Below, in pieces: positions 52,602 to 64,000 of a DNA stretch of 64,000 nt. The notes beneath the pieces were generated by a model. That model did no database searches and was not told where the DNA came from. It worked only from the letters and a program-made list of their open reading frames with translations. The DNA is from Eledone cirrhosa (taxonomy: Eukaryota), in assembly GCA_964016885.1 (NCBI GenBank), contig OZ024743.1, positions 21,018,001-21,082,000 of the forward strand, in the 5' to 3' direction. Numbering within the stretch: position 1 is the first letter of the stretch; every line of letters starts with the position of its first letter. Position numbers and translations under genes: made by a program.

Positions 52602-54437
52602 CAGGGGCCTGCAGGCCACACTCGGCCCATGAATGATTTTTGTCTGGCCCACCAACAGGTTTAATTCTTAGGCTAAGTGATCTCTGAAAAAGTCCTCTAA
52701 AATTATTTTGGATTAGAATACCAACTAGAACATGTCTAGCCACAAGACTCACTTAGCTGAATGTAATGTTTTTGCGTCACAGTAACAAAAAATCAAACTT
52801 AGACAGATAGAATAATCAGAGATTGAGATCAAGGGGACTGTGTGTATTCATGTATATACGTACATACATAGTGTGTATATAGCAGGGACGTAGAATAACA
52901 CAGACTTACCTAAAACAAGTCAGTGTGTCTGGCATACTGTTATAGCATTTCATCCTCAAAATTGTTCATTTGAGTTACCTGTCTGGTAGTAAAACATCGG
53001 TAAGTGACTGTATTCAATAATAATCAATGTTTATTTATTTTTCTATGTTAAAAGTGTTCAGTATTATTAGAAGTAAATTTTTTCATCGAACAAATGGCAA
53101 CCCTGATCTGAATACACTGCCAGGTATCACGGGTTTGTCACAGTTTATTAAAAATATCATAGTATTTTATCATATTACTGAGACACTGCATAGCCCACAG
53201 ACAAGATACTGCATAGCAATATGGCCCACAAACAAGATATTGCATAGCAATGTGGCCACAGACAAGACACTGCATAGCAATGGGGCCCACAAGACAAGAT
53301 ATTGCATAGCAATGTGGCCCACAGACAAGACACTGCATAGCAATGTGGCCCACAGACAAGATACTGCATAGCAATGTGGCCCACAAGACAAGATATTGCA
53401 TAGCAATGTGGCCCACAGACAAGACACTGCATAGCAATGTGGCCCACAGACAAGACACTGCATAGCAATGTGGCCCACAGACAAGACACTGCATAGCAAT
53501 GTGGCCCACAAGACAAGATATTGCATAGCAATGTGGCCCACAGACAAGACACTGCATAGCAATGTGGCTCACTGACAAGACACTCTATAGCAATGTAGCC
53601 CACAGACAAGATACTGCATAGAAATGTGGCCCACAGACAAGATACTGCATAGCAATGTGGCCCACTGACAAGACAGTCTATAGCAATGTGGCCCACAGAC
53701 AAGACACTGCATAGCAATGTGGCCCACAAGACAAGATATTGCATAGCAATGTGGCCCACAGACAAGACACTGCATAGCAATGGGGCCCACAAGACAAGAT
53801 ATTGCATAGCAATGTGGCCCACAGACAAGATACTGCATAGCAATGTGGCCCACAGACAAGACACTCTACAGAAATATGGCCCACAGACAAGACACTGCAT
53901 AGCAAGGTGGTCCACAGACAAGACACTCTATAGCAATGTGGCCCACAGACAAGATACTGCATAGCAATGTGGCCCACTGACAAGATACTCCATAGCAATG
54001 TGGCCGACAGACAAGATACTGCATAGCAATGTGGCCCACAGACAACACACTGCATAGCAATGGGGCCCACAGACAAGATACTGCATAGCAATGGGGCCCA
54101 CAGACAAGACACTGCATAGCAATGTGGCCCACAGACAAGATACTGCATAGCAATGGGGCCCACAGACAAGACACTGCATAGCAATGTGGCCCACAGACAA
54201 GACACTGCATAGCAATGTGGCCCACAGACAAGACACTCCATAGCAATGTGGCCCACAGACAAGACACTGCATAGCAATGGGGCCCACAGACAAGATACTG
54301 CATAGCAATGGGGCCCACAGACAAGACACTGCATAGCAATGTGGCCCACAGACAAGACACTGCATAGCAATGTGCCCCACAGACAAGATACTGCATAGCA
54401 CTGTGGCCCACACATCCCAAAAGGTTGCCACCTTCTG
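52602..54437. mobile_element. Non-autonomous hAT (Charlie-like) element
   Basis: Left CAGGGG..GGCC motifs; right GTGGCCC...AAAAGGTTGCCACCTTCTG; 8-bp TSD-like flanks TCATATAA / CCGTATAA (6/8 match, central TA). Confidence 0.65.
53181..54411. repeat. 31/32-bp minisatellite, ~39 units
   Basis: Unit ACAGACAAGA(C/T)ACTGCATAGCAATGTGGCCC; 32-bp variant ACAAGACAAGATATTGC... Confidence 0.95.
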
Positions 54438-54702
54438 CCGTATAACATCCATTTTCCATGTTGCATATGTAAGACGGGTTGTCACGTTATAAGAAAAGTC
54501 AGGCTTCACACACATACACACACATATGTTTATATATATAATAAAATGTTGTAGTTTGCATGAAGCAAATATATAATATATAACGTTGAAAGAGATAGAA
54601 GGCTAAACATTGCAAAATGGGCTGTAAGATGAAGTAACGAAAAGTAAAAGTAAGTTAGTTGGTAATCTTTGTTTTGTTTTTTGATGTTGTTCTTTTTTCT
54701 GT

Positions 54703-54738
54703 CCAATATTTCGGGACCTAAAAGTCCGTTCTTCAGGG
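54703..54738 (-). ncRNA. Minimal HHR-like motif
   Basis: Minus strand: cc-CTGAAGA-ac-GGAC ttttag GTCC-c-GAAATATT-gg (palindromic AATATT); stem I only 2 bp. Confidence 0.55.
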
Positions 54739-54902
54739 TTTAAGGAATTTTCCTGTTCCAATTTCCTCTCTAGAGGATTAAATTTTGATTCAGATTTTCT
54801 AAGTCATTTTCAAGCGTTTTTTTTTATGGTTGTTATGCTATTCACAAGAATGACATCAAATTGCCAATGTAGTATTTCACAAAATCAATTTTTCTTTGTT
54901 TA

Positions 54903-56286
<1,384 letters not shown>

Positions 56287-56288
56287 TA

Positions 56289-56510
56289 CATCATCATCAT
56301 CATCATTTTACGTCCACTTTTCCCTGCTTGCAAGGGTTGGACGGGTCCTATTCAGCACAGCATCTCTCCACTTGTCATGGTCCTTCGTCATTTCCTCGGT
56401 GAGTTTCACCGATCTGAGGTCTGCTCTCACCACCTCCGCCCATGTTTTTCGTGGTCTACCACTACTGCATCTTCCTTCTACTTGGATTTCTTGGCACTTC
56501 TTTACCCATA
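56289..56510 (-). mobile_element. 3' end of a second RTE family, between (TA)n tracts
   Basis: [12 protein letters not shown]...[15 protein letters not shown]...[13 protein letters not shown] runs straight into the tail shared with short-tail SINE B. Confidence 0.88.
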
Positions 56511-56524
56511 TATGTATATATATT

Positions 56525-56593
<69 letters not shown>

Positions 56594-56744
56594 ATATAAA
56601 CAAGTTTTGGGAAGTTGAGAAATCAACTTATGACACGATGACAAGAAGATTTAAAAGTAAATGTTCTTGTATAATCAGCAATTAAAAAGAGCATAAACAT
56701 CTTAGGTATAACCCATAGAGTCAAGTCCAAGAAATTGAATTATA

Positions 56745-57270
56745 TTAGGTTGGACAGAAAGTTCTTAGAGTTTTTCAATTTTGTAATGAGTTTGGCATTT
56801 TTTAACATTAGGAAAATTTTACAAGTCAGAATAACTGCCATCATTTGCGATTACTGTCTGCCATTGTTTAGGAGGGCACATGATTCCATCTCTGTAGAAT
56901 TCTTCTGGCTTCGATGCAAATAATTGCATCAGTCACTGATTTCAGTGGTCTTCTTTGGTGAAGGTCTTTGATGGCATTGCATTGCTTATTGAGAGAAATA
57001 TGTTATAGGCTGTAGGTGGCAAGTTTGGGTGAATATGGTAGGTGGGGGCAGAACCTCCCAACCTAGTTCTAGCACCTTTTCACAAGTCCTGCTTGATGTA
57101 TGCGGCTGAGCGTTATCATGAAGGAATCAAAAAGGACCATGGTGTGTGTGCACCTGTGCAGTTTTCACCATTAATCTGTCAATTTGTTAGAATAGACATC
57201 AGAGGTTATGCTAGTGGGAGGAGCTTGTAGTGGATGACACCTTTTCAGTTCTACCAGATGCTCAGTAGGG
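56745..57270 (-). mobile_element. Mariner transposase 3' remnant
   Basis: TA|TTAGGTTGG TIR; minus strand HDNAQPH, PYSPKLA (YSPDLAP-like), FASKPEEFYRDGI...WQTVIANDGSY. Confidence 0.8.
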
Positions 57271-58659
57271 TTTGCAAGTGGGGAGGCCCGATTCCCTGAA
57301 CTGACTGCTACCAGTTACAATTTTCAAAAGGGAAAATATCACATGGTTTTACGGTTTACAGAGGGGTAGTAAAGAGTAGACTGATATCTTTACTGTCACA
57401 ATTCAACAGATTTATAGACAGGAGCCTCCTAGTTTTTTGTATAGGCATTACAATCTTTTTATGAGAATAATGTGCATTAATTCAGAAAAATAAAAGAAAT
57501 AATAAGGTAATACAAATTGATTAAATACTAAAACTGCAACCATTCCTTACAACTGAAATTACTTGATAGTATGTATCATTCTTTTGCTAAGGGTTTTAGG
57601 TGTCCATACAGCCACAGTCACCATCCCAACCCTCCTACCTAGCAGAAATCTACAATATGACAACTGAAAGGAGAGAAGGCTGCACCAACACTGGGCTGAA
57701 ATTATTTTAATGACAGCTGTTATGTGTTGGTGGTGTTGGTGGTGGTGTTGTTGTTGTTGGTGGTGTGGTGTTGTTGTTGGTGGTAGTGGTGGCAGTAGTG
57801 AAAGCAGAGGCAGGATGTCACTATTATTGTTGTATACATACATGAGTGTGTGTCTGTGAAACATATACACAAGGTCCAAACACAAAAGAACCAATCTCCC
57901 ACTGTCACTGATTCAGTCACTCTCACTCTGCCCATCTCTCACTATTATGAGCAAATAGGGACCCATGTACTGGCTGCCTTACAGCCCCAGCAGACAGAAT
58001 GGAGAAGGCATTTCCCCAGAGGATGGTGAGGGAGACGTGCTGGAAGAGCCATTCCAAGTTGAGTGGCTCACACCTATGGGTAGCCAACTGTGCTGATGGC
58101 AGTGAGTTTGGAAAGAATGACAAGAAAAGTCAACCTTGGTGAGATTTGAACTCTGAAGGCAAAGAGCCAGAACATTAATTACTATAATGTAGCCATATAT
58201 TAATCATATAATAGTGCTATAATTAATGTGAACATTTAGTCAATAATGTAGTACATGCATGGGAATAATTATTTTTGATCCCAGAGGATAAAAGGCAGAG
58301 ATGAACACTACGGAAACCAATATTATTGCAAGACTTTGTGTCTGGCATTCAACCATTTCACCAATCTATTTACTATTGCCTTTAAATAAAACTAATAATT
58401 AGGAATAGCGATAAACAAAAATAAAATAACACAGCAAAAGATTAATTAATTGATTAGCGGCAGAAATATATAAAAATAGATAAACATATTAATAGGATAA
58501 TAAAAATATTAATAGATAATGGTTGAATACACACATACACACACATACATATACATGTGATTGCACTCACACACATATGTACACTCATGTATATATACGC
58601 CCCCCCCCCCCCAGACACACACACATAAAATCATTTGTTATTAATATTCAGTGTTATTG

Positions 58660-58949
58660 TTGGACCTCATTTGTTTCCGACGATGGGTGCTTCAGTTGAT
58701 TCAATCAATTGTGAAATTAACCTGTAAGTGGCTGAGCATTCCACAGACAGGGAGATTCACCATGAGTCAATATGGGGCAAGGCTATCCCAGCCCTTTGTG
58801 TTACAAATACAACTCACTTTTTCCAGCTGAGTAGATGAAGCAATGTGAAATAAAGTGTCTTGCTCATGGGCACAATGTGCCATCCAGTTCAAGAATTGAA
58901 CCCACAACTTTTCGATCATGAGCCGAACATCCTATCCATTAAGCCACAT
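58660..58949 (-). mobile_element. tRNA-derived SINE (family D)
   Basis: TGGCTTAATGG A-box, GGGTTCAATTC B-box, GAGCAAGACACTTTATTTCAC core; body similar to 1580-1862. Confidence 0.75.
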
Positions 58950-58955
58950 AACTAT

Positions 58956-59020
<65 letters not shown>

Positions 59021-59029
59021 TTCTCTCTC

Positions 59030-59060
<31 letters not shown>

Positions 59061-62000
59061 GGTACATCTGGACTCGGAGGGTCGATTGGTGGTCCTAGAT
59101 GTTGACGGTAGGGAAGGTGGAGCCTTCAGGCTGGTGGCCGCATATGACCCATCCGGGACACTGCGGCCAGACTTCTTCAAACGTCTAGAGACTTTTCTGG
59201 GAACGTCCCGCTCCCTGCTGTTAGTGGGGAACTGGAATGGAATCCTAGATGCACGTTGGGACTATGTGAGAGCATGTCCCGATAGAGGAGGGTGTAACAG
59301 CCTCAAACAGTTAATCGGCCGATTTGAGCCTGGCCGATAGATATCGACTAGATTTTCCGACTGTGCCACTGTGGACGTGGACTAATCGTCGCGGAACATC
59401 TAGATCGTACCTAGATAGAGTTCTAGTTAGAAATAAGGATAGGGACATGTTAAGCTGTCCACAAATGTTCATGGTTGCCTATTCAGATCACAAATTAGTG
59501 ACCTGTTTAGTCAACCTTGACAAAACCCATAGACAGGGACCCGGCTACTGGAAGCTGAACTTGTCGTTACCGACATGCAAAGCCTACAGTAGACGGATTA
59601 GCACTTTAGTTAAGCAGCACTTGACGGGGGCCATTGTCAACAACAGATGGTGGTACTCTCTCAAGAGGGCAGTTAGATTAGATGCGATAGGTTTTAGTAA
59701 AGAATTAGTGTTAGATAGAAATAAGACCGAAAAGGAACTGGTAGATAAAGTAGAAAAGGCACTTAGGAGTAGCAACGTAGCCAGCGTGCTAGCGACGAGA
59801 ACGACCTTGGACCAGTTCTTCGACGCAAAGCATGAAGGCTGCGTTGTCAGAAGCAAAATACGTGCTCTGGGAAACGAGGGAGCCAGAGCTGTTAGCTGGG
59901 CCCGAGTGACGGAGGCGAAAAGTGGCAACAAGTCTATGATTCGGTCTTTGAAGGACCAAGACGGACGCGTGATACGTGAGCCGAAGCAAATGTGCGCGGC
60001 CTTTCAGCGGCACTTTGCTCAACTGTTAGGGCAGGGCGGCGCGCCGGGAGCGGCTATGGATTTCGGTCCATAATTCGACGGCCTACCGTGACTCTCGGAC
60101 AGCGAGGCGAAGTTCTGCGAAAGGTCGATTTCGGCCGCTGAGATAGGGGACGCGCTGAGCCAATGCGGCAAACGCAAATCTCCAGGTCTCGACGGTCTAC
60201 CCTACAAATTTTACGTAGCAATGCCGGACTTGTTCTCCGGTCTCCTGGAAGCGGTCTACTGCAACTGGCGGCAGAACGGGAGAATTCCCAGTTCTCTGAC
60301 CAAGGGTGTAATCACGTTAGTCAGGAAGGACGAGAACAATGGGGATGACATAGGCAACTTCCGGTCCATAACTCTGCTCAACACAGAGTTACAGATTTTG
60401 GCCAAGGTGTTGGCAAAGAGGCTGGCGCTTGTCGTCGAAAACCTGGTGGGAGAAGCGCAGACATGCGCAATCCCGACCAGGTCCATACACGACAACCTCC
60501 ACCTCATGTGATACATCATAGAGAGGGTAGGGTGTAAACCCGGCTTCGGTGGGACCCTGATCAACTTGGATCAGTCTAAGACTTTCGATAGGGTTGACCA
60601 TCGTTACCTGGATGCGGTGCTCGAGGCGACAGGCTTCGGACCCGTGTTCAGGGGCTTGGATTGCTGCAATGCACAGCAGCAACATCTGCTCAAGGGTCAA
60701 GGTGAACGGCTACCTCACGGAGCCGTTCCATATCAAGCTATCCATCCGACAGGGATGCCCTCTATCCTCCCTTCTGTACGTACTGACTCTCGAGCCACTA
60801 CTGCGGAAGTTGGAGCTATTGCAGGGCATCCTTTTAGAACCGGAACTGCGAAAAGCGGCGTCGGCCTACGCCGACGACCTGACAGTAATGGTGTCGAGCA
60901 CCTCGCAAATTGGGGAGATCGGCACCTTACTGGAGGAATACGAAAGGTTCACAGGAGCGAAGCTGAACCGGGACAAATCCGTCGGTTTGCAACTCGGAAC
61001 GTGGAGAGGCAAACCGATACATTCTGATGGCGTCGTCGGACGCTGGACGGAAGGACCGGTAAAGCTGCTTGGAGTCTGGTTTGGTCCGGACCTCCAGGTG
61101 GAGAAGAACTGGAACGAGGTAACGGCCAAGGTGTTTGCGCTCACCCAGAAGTGGGCGGAGTGCAAACTATCCTTGAAAGGTCGAGCGGAGGTGGCGAACA
61201 CTTTTATAGCGTTCGTCATCTACTACCGCTTGACCGTCGTGCCTTGTCCAGCCAAAACGCTCACCAAAATGGAGCACGCGCTCTTCCAATTCCTTTGGAA
61301 GAAACGGGCTCCTTTGGTGAGAAGATCCATCTGCTGCCAACATCCTTCAAACGGAGGGCTAGGGATGCCATGGCTGACGATGCGCAAACACACGCTCAGG
61401 CTGCGGCACCTCCACGTATTCCTCACCAGACAACCAGTGTGGGCCCCGTTCGTGAGGCGAGTCTTCCTACGACTCGTCTCGCTGACCGAGCTGCAGTCCT
61501 GGGTCAAGCAAAGACCGAGGAAAATTGGCGACTGGCACATCGAATGTGCTCAGGCGCTCACAGTCCTCTGGCAAACGGACCCGGCGATTAGTGGAAACTC
61601 CACTTCGACATTCTATAGAGGGTTGGTCCGCGGCAAGTGCGACGACACGCTCGGAGAAACCCTGGGCGTAGAGGAGGACGAACTGGCCAGTCTGTTCGGT
61701 AGGACCTTCCGCCCGGGACCAATGGACAACTGCTACCGAGGAGCTCTACGAGTTCGAGACAAGCTCTACAGACACGGGCGCCCGGGTAGGGACCCTTCGA
61801 CAAACATCTGTCCGAGATGCGTGCGCGACGAGGAAACCGTCGCGCACGCATTTGTACACTGCCCGGGCGTTACCGACCTGTGGGGCTATGTAGAACGACT
61901 ATTGTCGCGGGTGGGACCAATCCAGTTGACCACCGAGTGGTTGGGCCCTCTCTCTATATAAGCCTGTAGGTTGAGAAAAAGAGGAAGAGAGGAAAGGAGT

Positions 62001-62201
62001 ACTCACTCTTGGTGCTCCTGGAGATGAGGGTTGTACATTTTTTCGGGGTGTGTAAAACCCCTTTGTAACGCCTCCCCCCTATTGGGGATATCAATTGTTA
62101 TTTGTTATTTTATTAATAGTTTTATTTTCATACACCTGTATGTAAACTCCCCATTTGTATTTGTCCCCTTCTTTTGTGGCCTTGTAGCTAATAAAGAAAT
62201 G
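59061..62201 (+). mobile_element. Second Tx1-like LINE family, 5'-truncated ORF2, in (TATC)n
   Basis: APE (LVGNWN, SYLDRVL, SDH) and RT (NFRSITLLN, DQSKTFDRVDH, IRQGCPLS, YADD); stops, frameshifts and deletions; AATAAA then (TATC)n; (TATC)n also upstream. Confidence 0.92.
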
Positions 62202-62218
62202 TATCTATCTATCTATCT

Positions 62219-62419
62219 GGTGTTGAGGGTTGTTCTATCCACGGGGTGTAAAACAACCCCACAGTAGTGTGTCCCCGCCCCCCTAATGGGGATTTCAATT
62301 GGTTTATTTTTATATAGTTTATTGTTATTTATCATTGTTAAAGATTTTAAGTAAAACCTCCGCCGGTCACGTCTTGTAATGTCCCATTTTTGTACGCCCC
62401 TGTGGCAAATAAAGAAAGA
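62219..62419 (+). mobile_element. Divergent Tx1 3'-UTR fragment in the same (TATC)n tract
   Basis: GAGGGTTG...GGGTGTAAAAC...CCCCCTA.TGGGGAT...CCTGTGGCAAATAAAGAAAG followed by (TATC)n. Confidence 0.8.
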
Positions 62420-62679
62420 TATCTATCTATCTATCTATCTATATATCTATCTATCTATCTCTCTCTATCTCCATCACTAGCTGTCTCTCTCTTTCATGAA
62501 TCCCTCCAGCACTATCCCTCTTCTGTTATTCCCCCCACATCTGCACCCTCCCACTACCACCCTGCTTGTTCTTCCCTTCACATATATAACCTATTTTATC
62601 TGATATTGCTCCCTTCTTTTGATTCTCTCTTCTATTATTTTCTCTCTTCAGCTATCCTATCAAGGAAACCTGAACACTG

Positions 62680-63283
62680 TATTCTACATGTGAATGGAGG
62701 CCACTGAAGCAGGTGGAGAAGTTCAAGTATCTCGAGGTCATGTTCATGAGAGATGGAAGGTAGGAGACTGAATTAATTGCACAAATTGCTGGAGCTGATG
62801 CAGTTATGAGCCAACTTCAGGAAGGTAGATTTAAAAGTAAAAGTTGTTTACAGTAGCAGCCAAAATGGGGTTCCTTCAAAGGGTCTTTGGAGTAATGTTA
62901 CTCAATAGAGTGCATAGCTTGGAGATCAATGAGTCACTCCAAGTAGAGCTGCTACTTCTCTGAATTGAGAGATCACAGCTCCGATACTATTGATATGTGG
63001 TTAGAATGTCTTAGGAAAGAATCGCTGGACAGGTTTTATGGGTAAAAACCAGCTGGCAGGCGACCCAGGGGTAGACCCCAAGCAAGGTATTTGGATAACA
63101 TCCATGAGCTTGGCTTGTTTCACTTGGGGATCCAACTGGATCAGTTGAAGACAGTTGCTTCTGACAGGACCCATTGGAAGGAGTGTTTGAGGACGATGTC
63201 CCAACGACTCTCTCAGGAAGAAGAAGAAGAAGAAGAAGAAGAAGAAGAAGAAGAAGAAGAAGAAGAAGAAGAAGAAGAAGAAG
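62680..63283 (+). mobile_element. RTE-clade (Rex3/Expander-like) 3' fragment with (GAA)n tail
   Basis: KQVEKFKYL..., IERSQLRYY, RRPRGRPQARYLDNI; homologous to 3341-4002. Confidence 0.85.
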
Positions 63284-63799
63284 CTGTTCTCTACAGCACT
63301 GTCTCTCTTCTCTTACTTCCCTTTCTGCCCCCTTCTCATTCCCATCATACTCTCATTTCCCTTCACCCACAACCTAATTTCTCTGTTATTGCCCAGTCTC
63401 CCATTAATCTTCTTGATCATATCACTTTGAATGACTGGAGACAGTGTGGAATACTGAGTAGTCTCTGGAAATGGAGACTTCCGACATTCTTGTCTACTGG
63501 ACCACATTCCTACTCACTGTTGGTTACCCAGAAGAGCAAGCCATATGAGTTGAAGTGGCTGTTCCTCCACATCTCCTTCACCATCCTCCTTGGCAACATC
63601 TTCTCCATTCTGTCCACTGTAATCACAAGGCGAACTAACCCTTAAATAGTGAGTATTTACTCTGACAACAATGGAGAAATCAATACACGCACACACCTAG
63701 TAACTACTGTTATATTAGTCACTTTAAATGGTAAAATAATAACAGTTAAGAAAGAGAAATCATGGCAACATATATAAAATAGAAGCAGATGGCTTCCAG

Positions 63800-64000
63800 A
63801 ATATCTGATTGGCTGCTGCATCTGAGGCAAAAATCACACTGTTCAGCAATCTCTGTATATCTCTTTGCCAGACACTTAACAGAAACTTTACTGAGTAGGC
63901 TTATAAAGAAAATCCCTCTATAATTGGAGCAATCTCTCTTGTTTCCCTTTTTGAAAATTGGGATTATCACTCCTGATTGCCATGCTTAGGTGTCTTTCCA
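63800..64000 (-). mobile_element. RTE-type RT N-terminal fragment, runs off the window
   Basis: WQSGVIIPIFKKGNKRDCSNYRGI. Confidence 0.75.

Noticed and set aside
53138-54521. Cys-rich ORFs and CRISPR-like periodicity of the 31-bp array
   Set aside because: Units are directly adjacent with no unique spacers and no cas genes; ORFs occur in all frames as repeat artefacts.
63091-63645. 184-aa ORF with poly-Glu
   Set aside because: RTE C-terminus reading through its (GAA)n tail into flanking DNA.

Overview
AT-rich eukaryotic non-genic DNA made almost entirely of transposable elements and microsatellites. The SINE families and composition suggest a coleoid cephalopod such as Octopus; this is my recognition, not a database result. 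No host protein-coding gene is supportable, and every long ORF is either retroelement-derived or a satellite artefact. Non-LTR retrotransposons: one CR1-group LINE, several RTE LINEs whose RT carries an inserted C4HC3 PHD-like finger, a near-full-length Tx1/L1 element plus a second Tx1 family, R4/Dong-like elements and many tRNA-derived SINEs. DNA elements: mariner remnants, piggyBac- and hAT-type non-autonomous elements and a non-autonomous Helitron. Tandem arrays: 18-, 19-, 31- and 111-bp units. The most striking signal is about 15 type I hammerhead-ribozyme (HHR) motifs from several sequence families. They sit in short ORF-less units mostly wedged between (TA)n tracts and often arranged as back-to-back fold-backs, consistent with Penelope-like/retrozyme-like non-autonomous elements. 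Different retroelement lineages also occupy different microsatellites: (TA)n, (AAT)n and (TATC)n. All structures were folded by eye.
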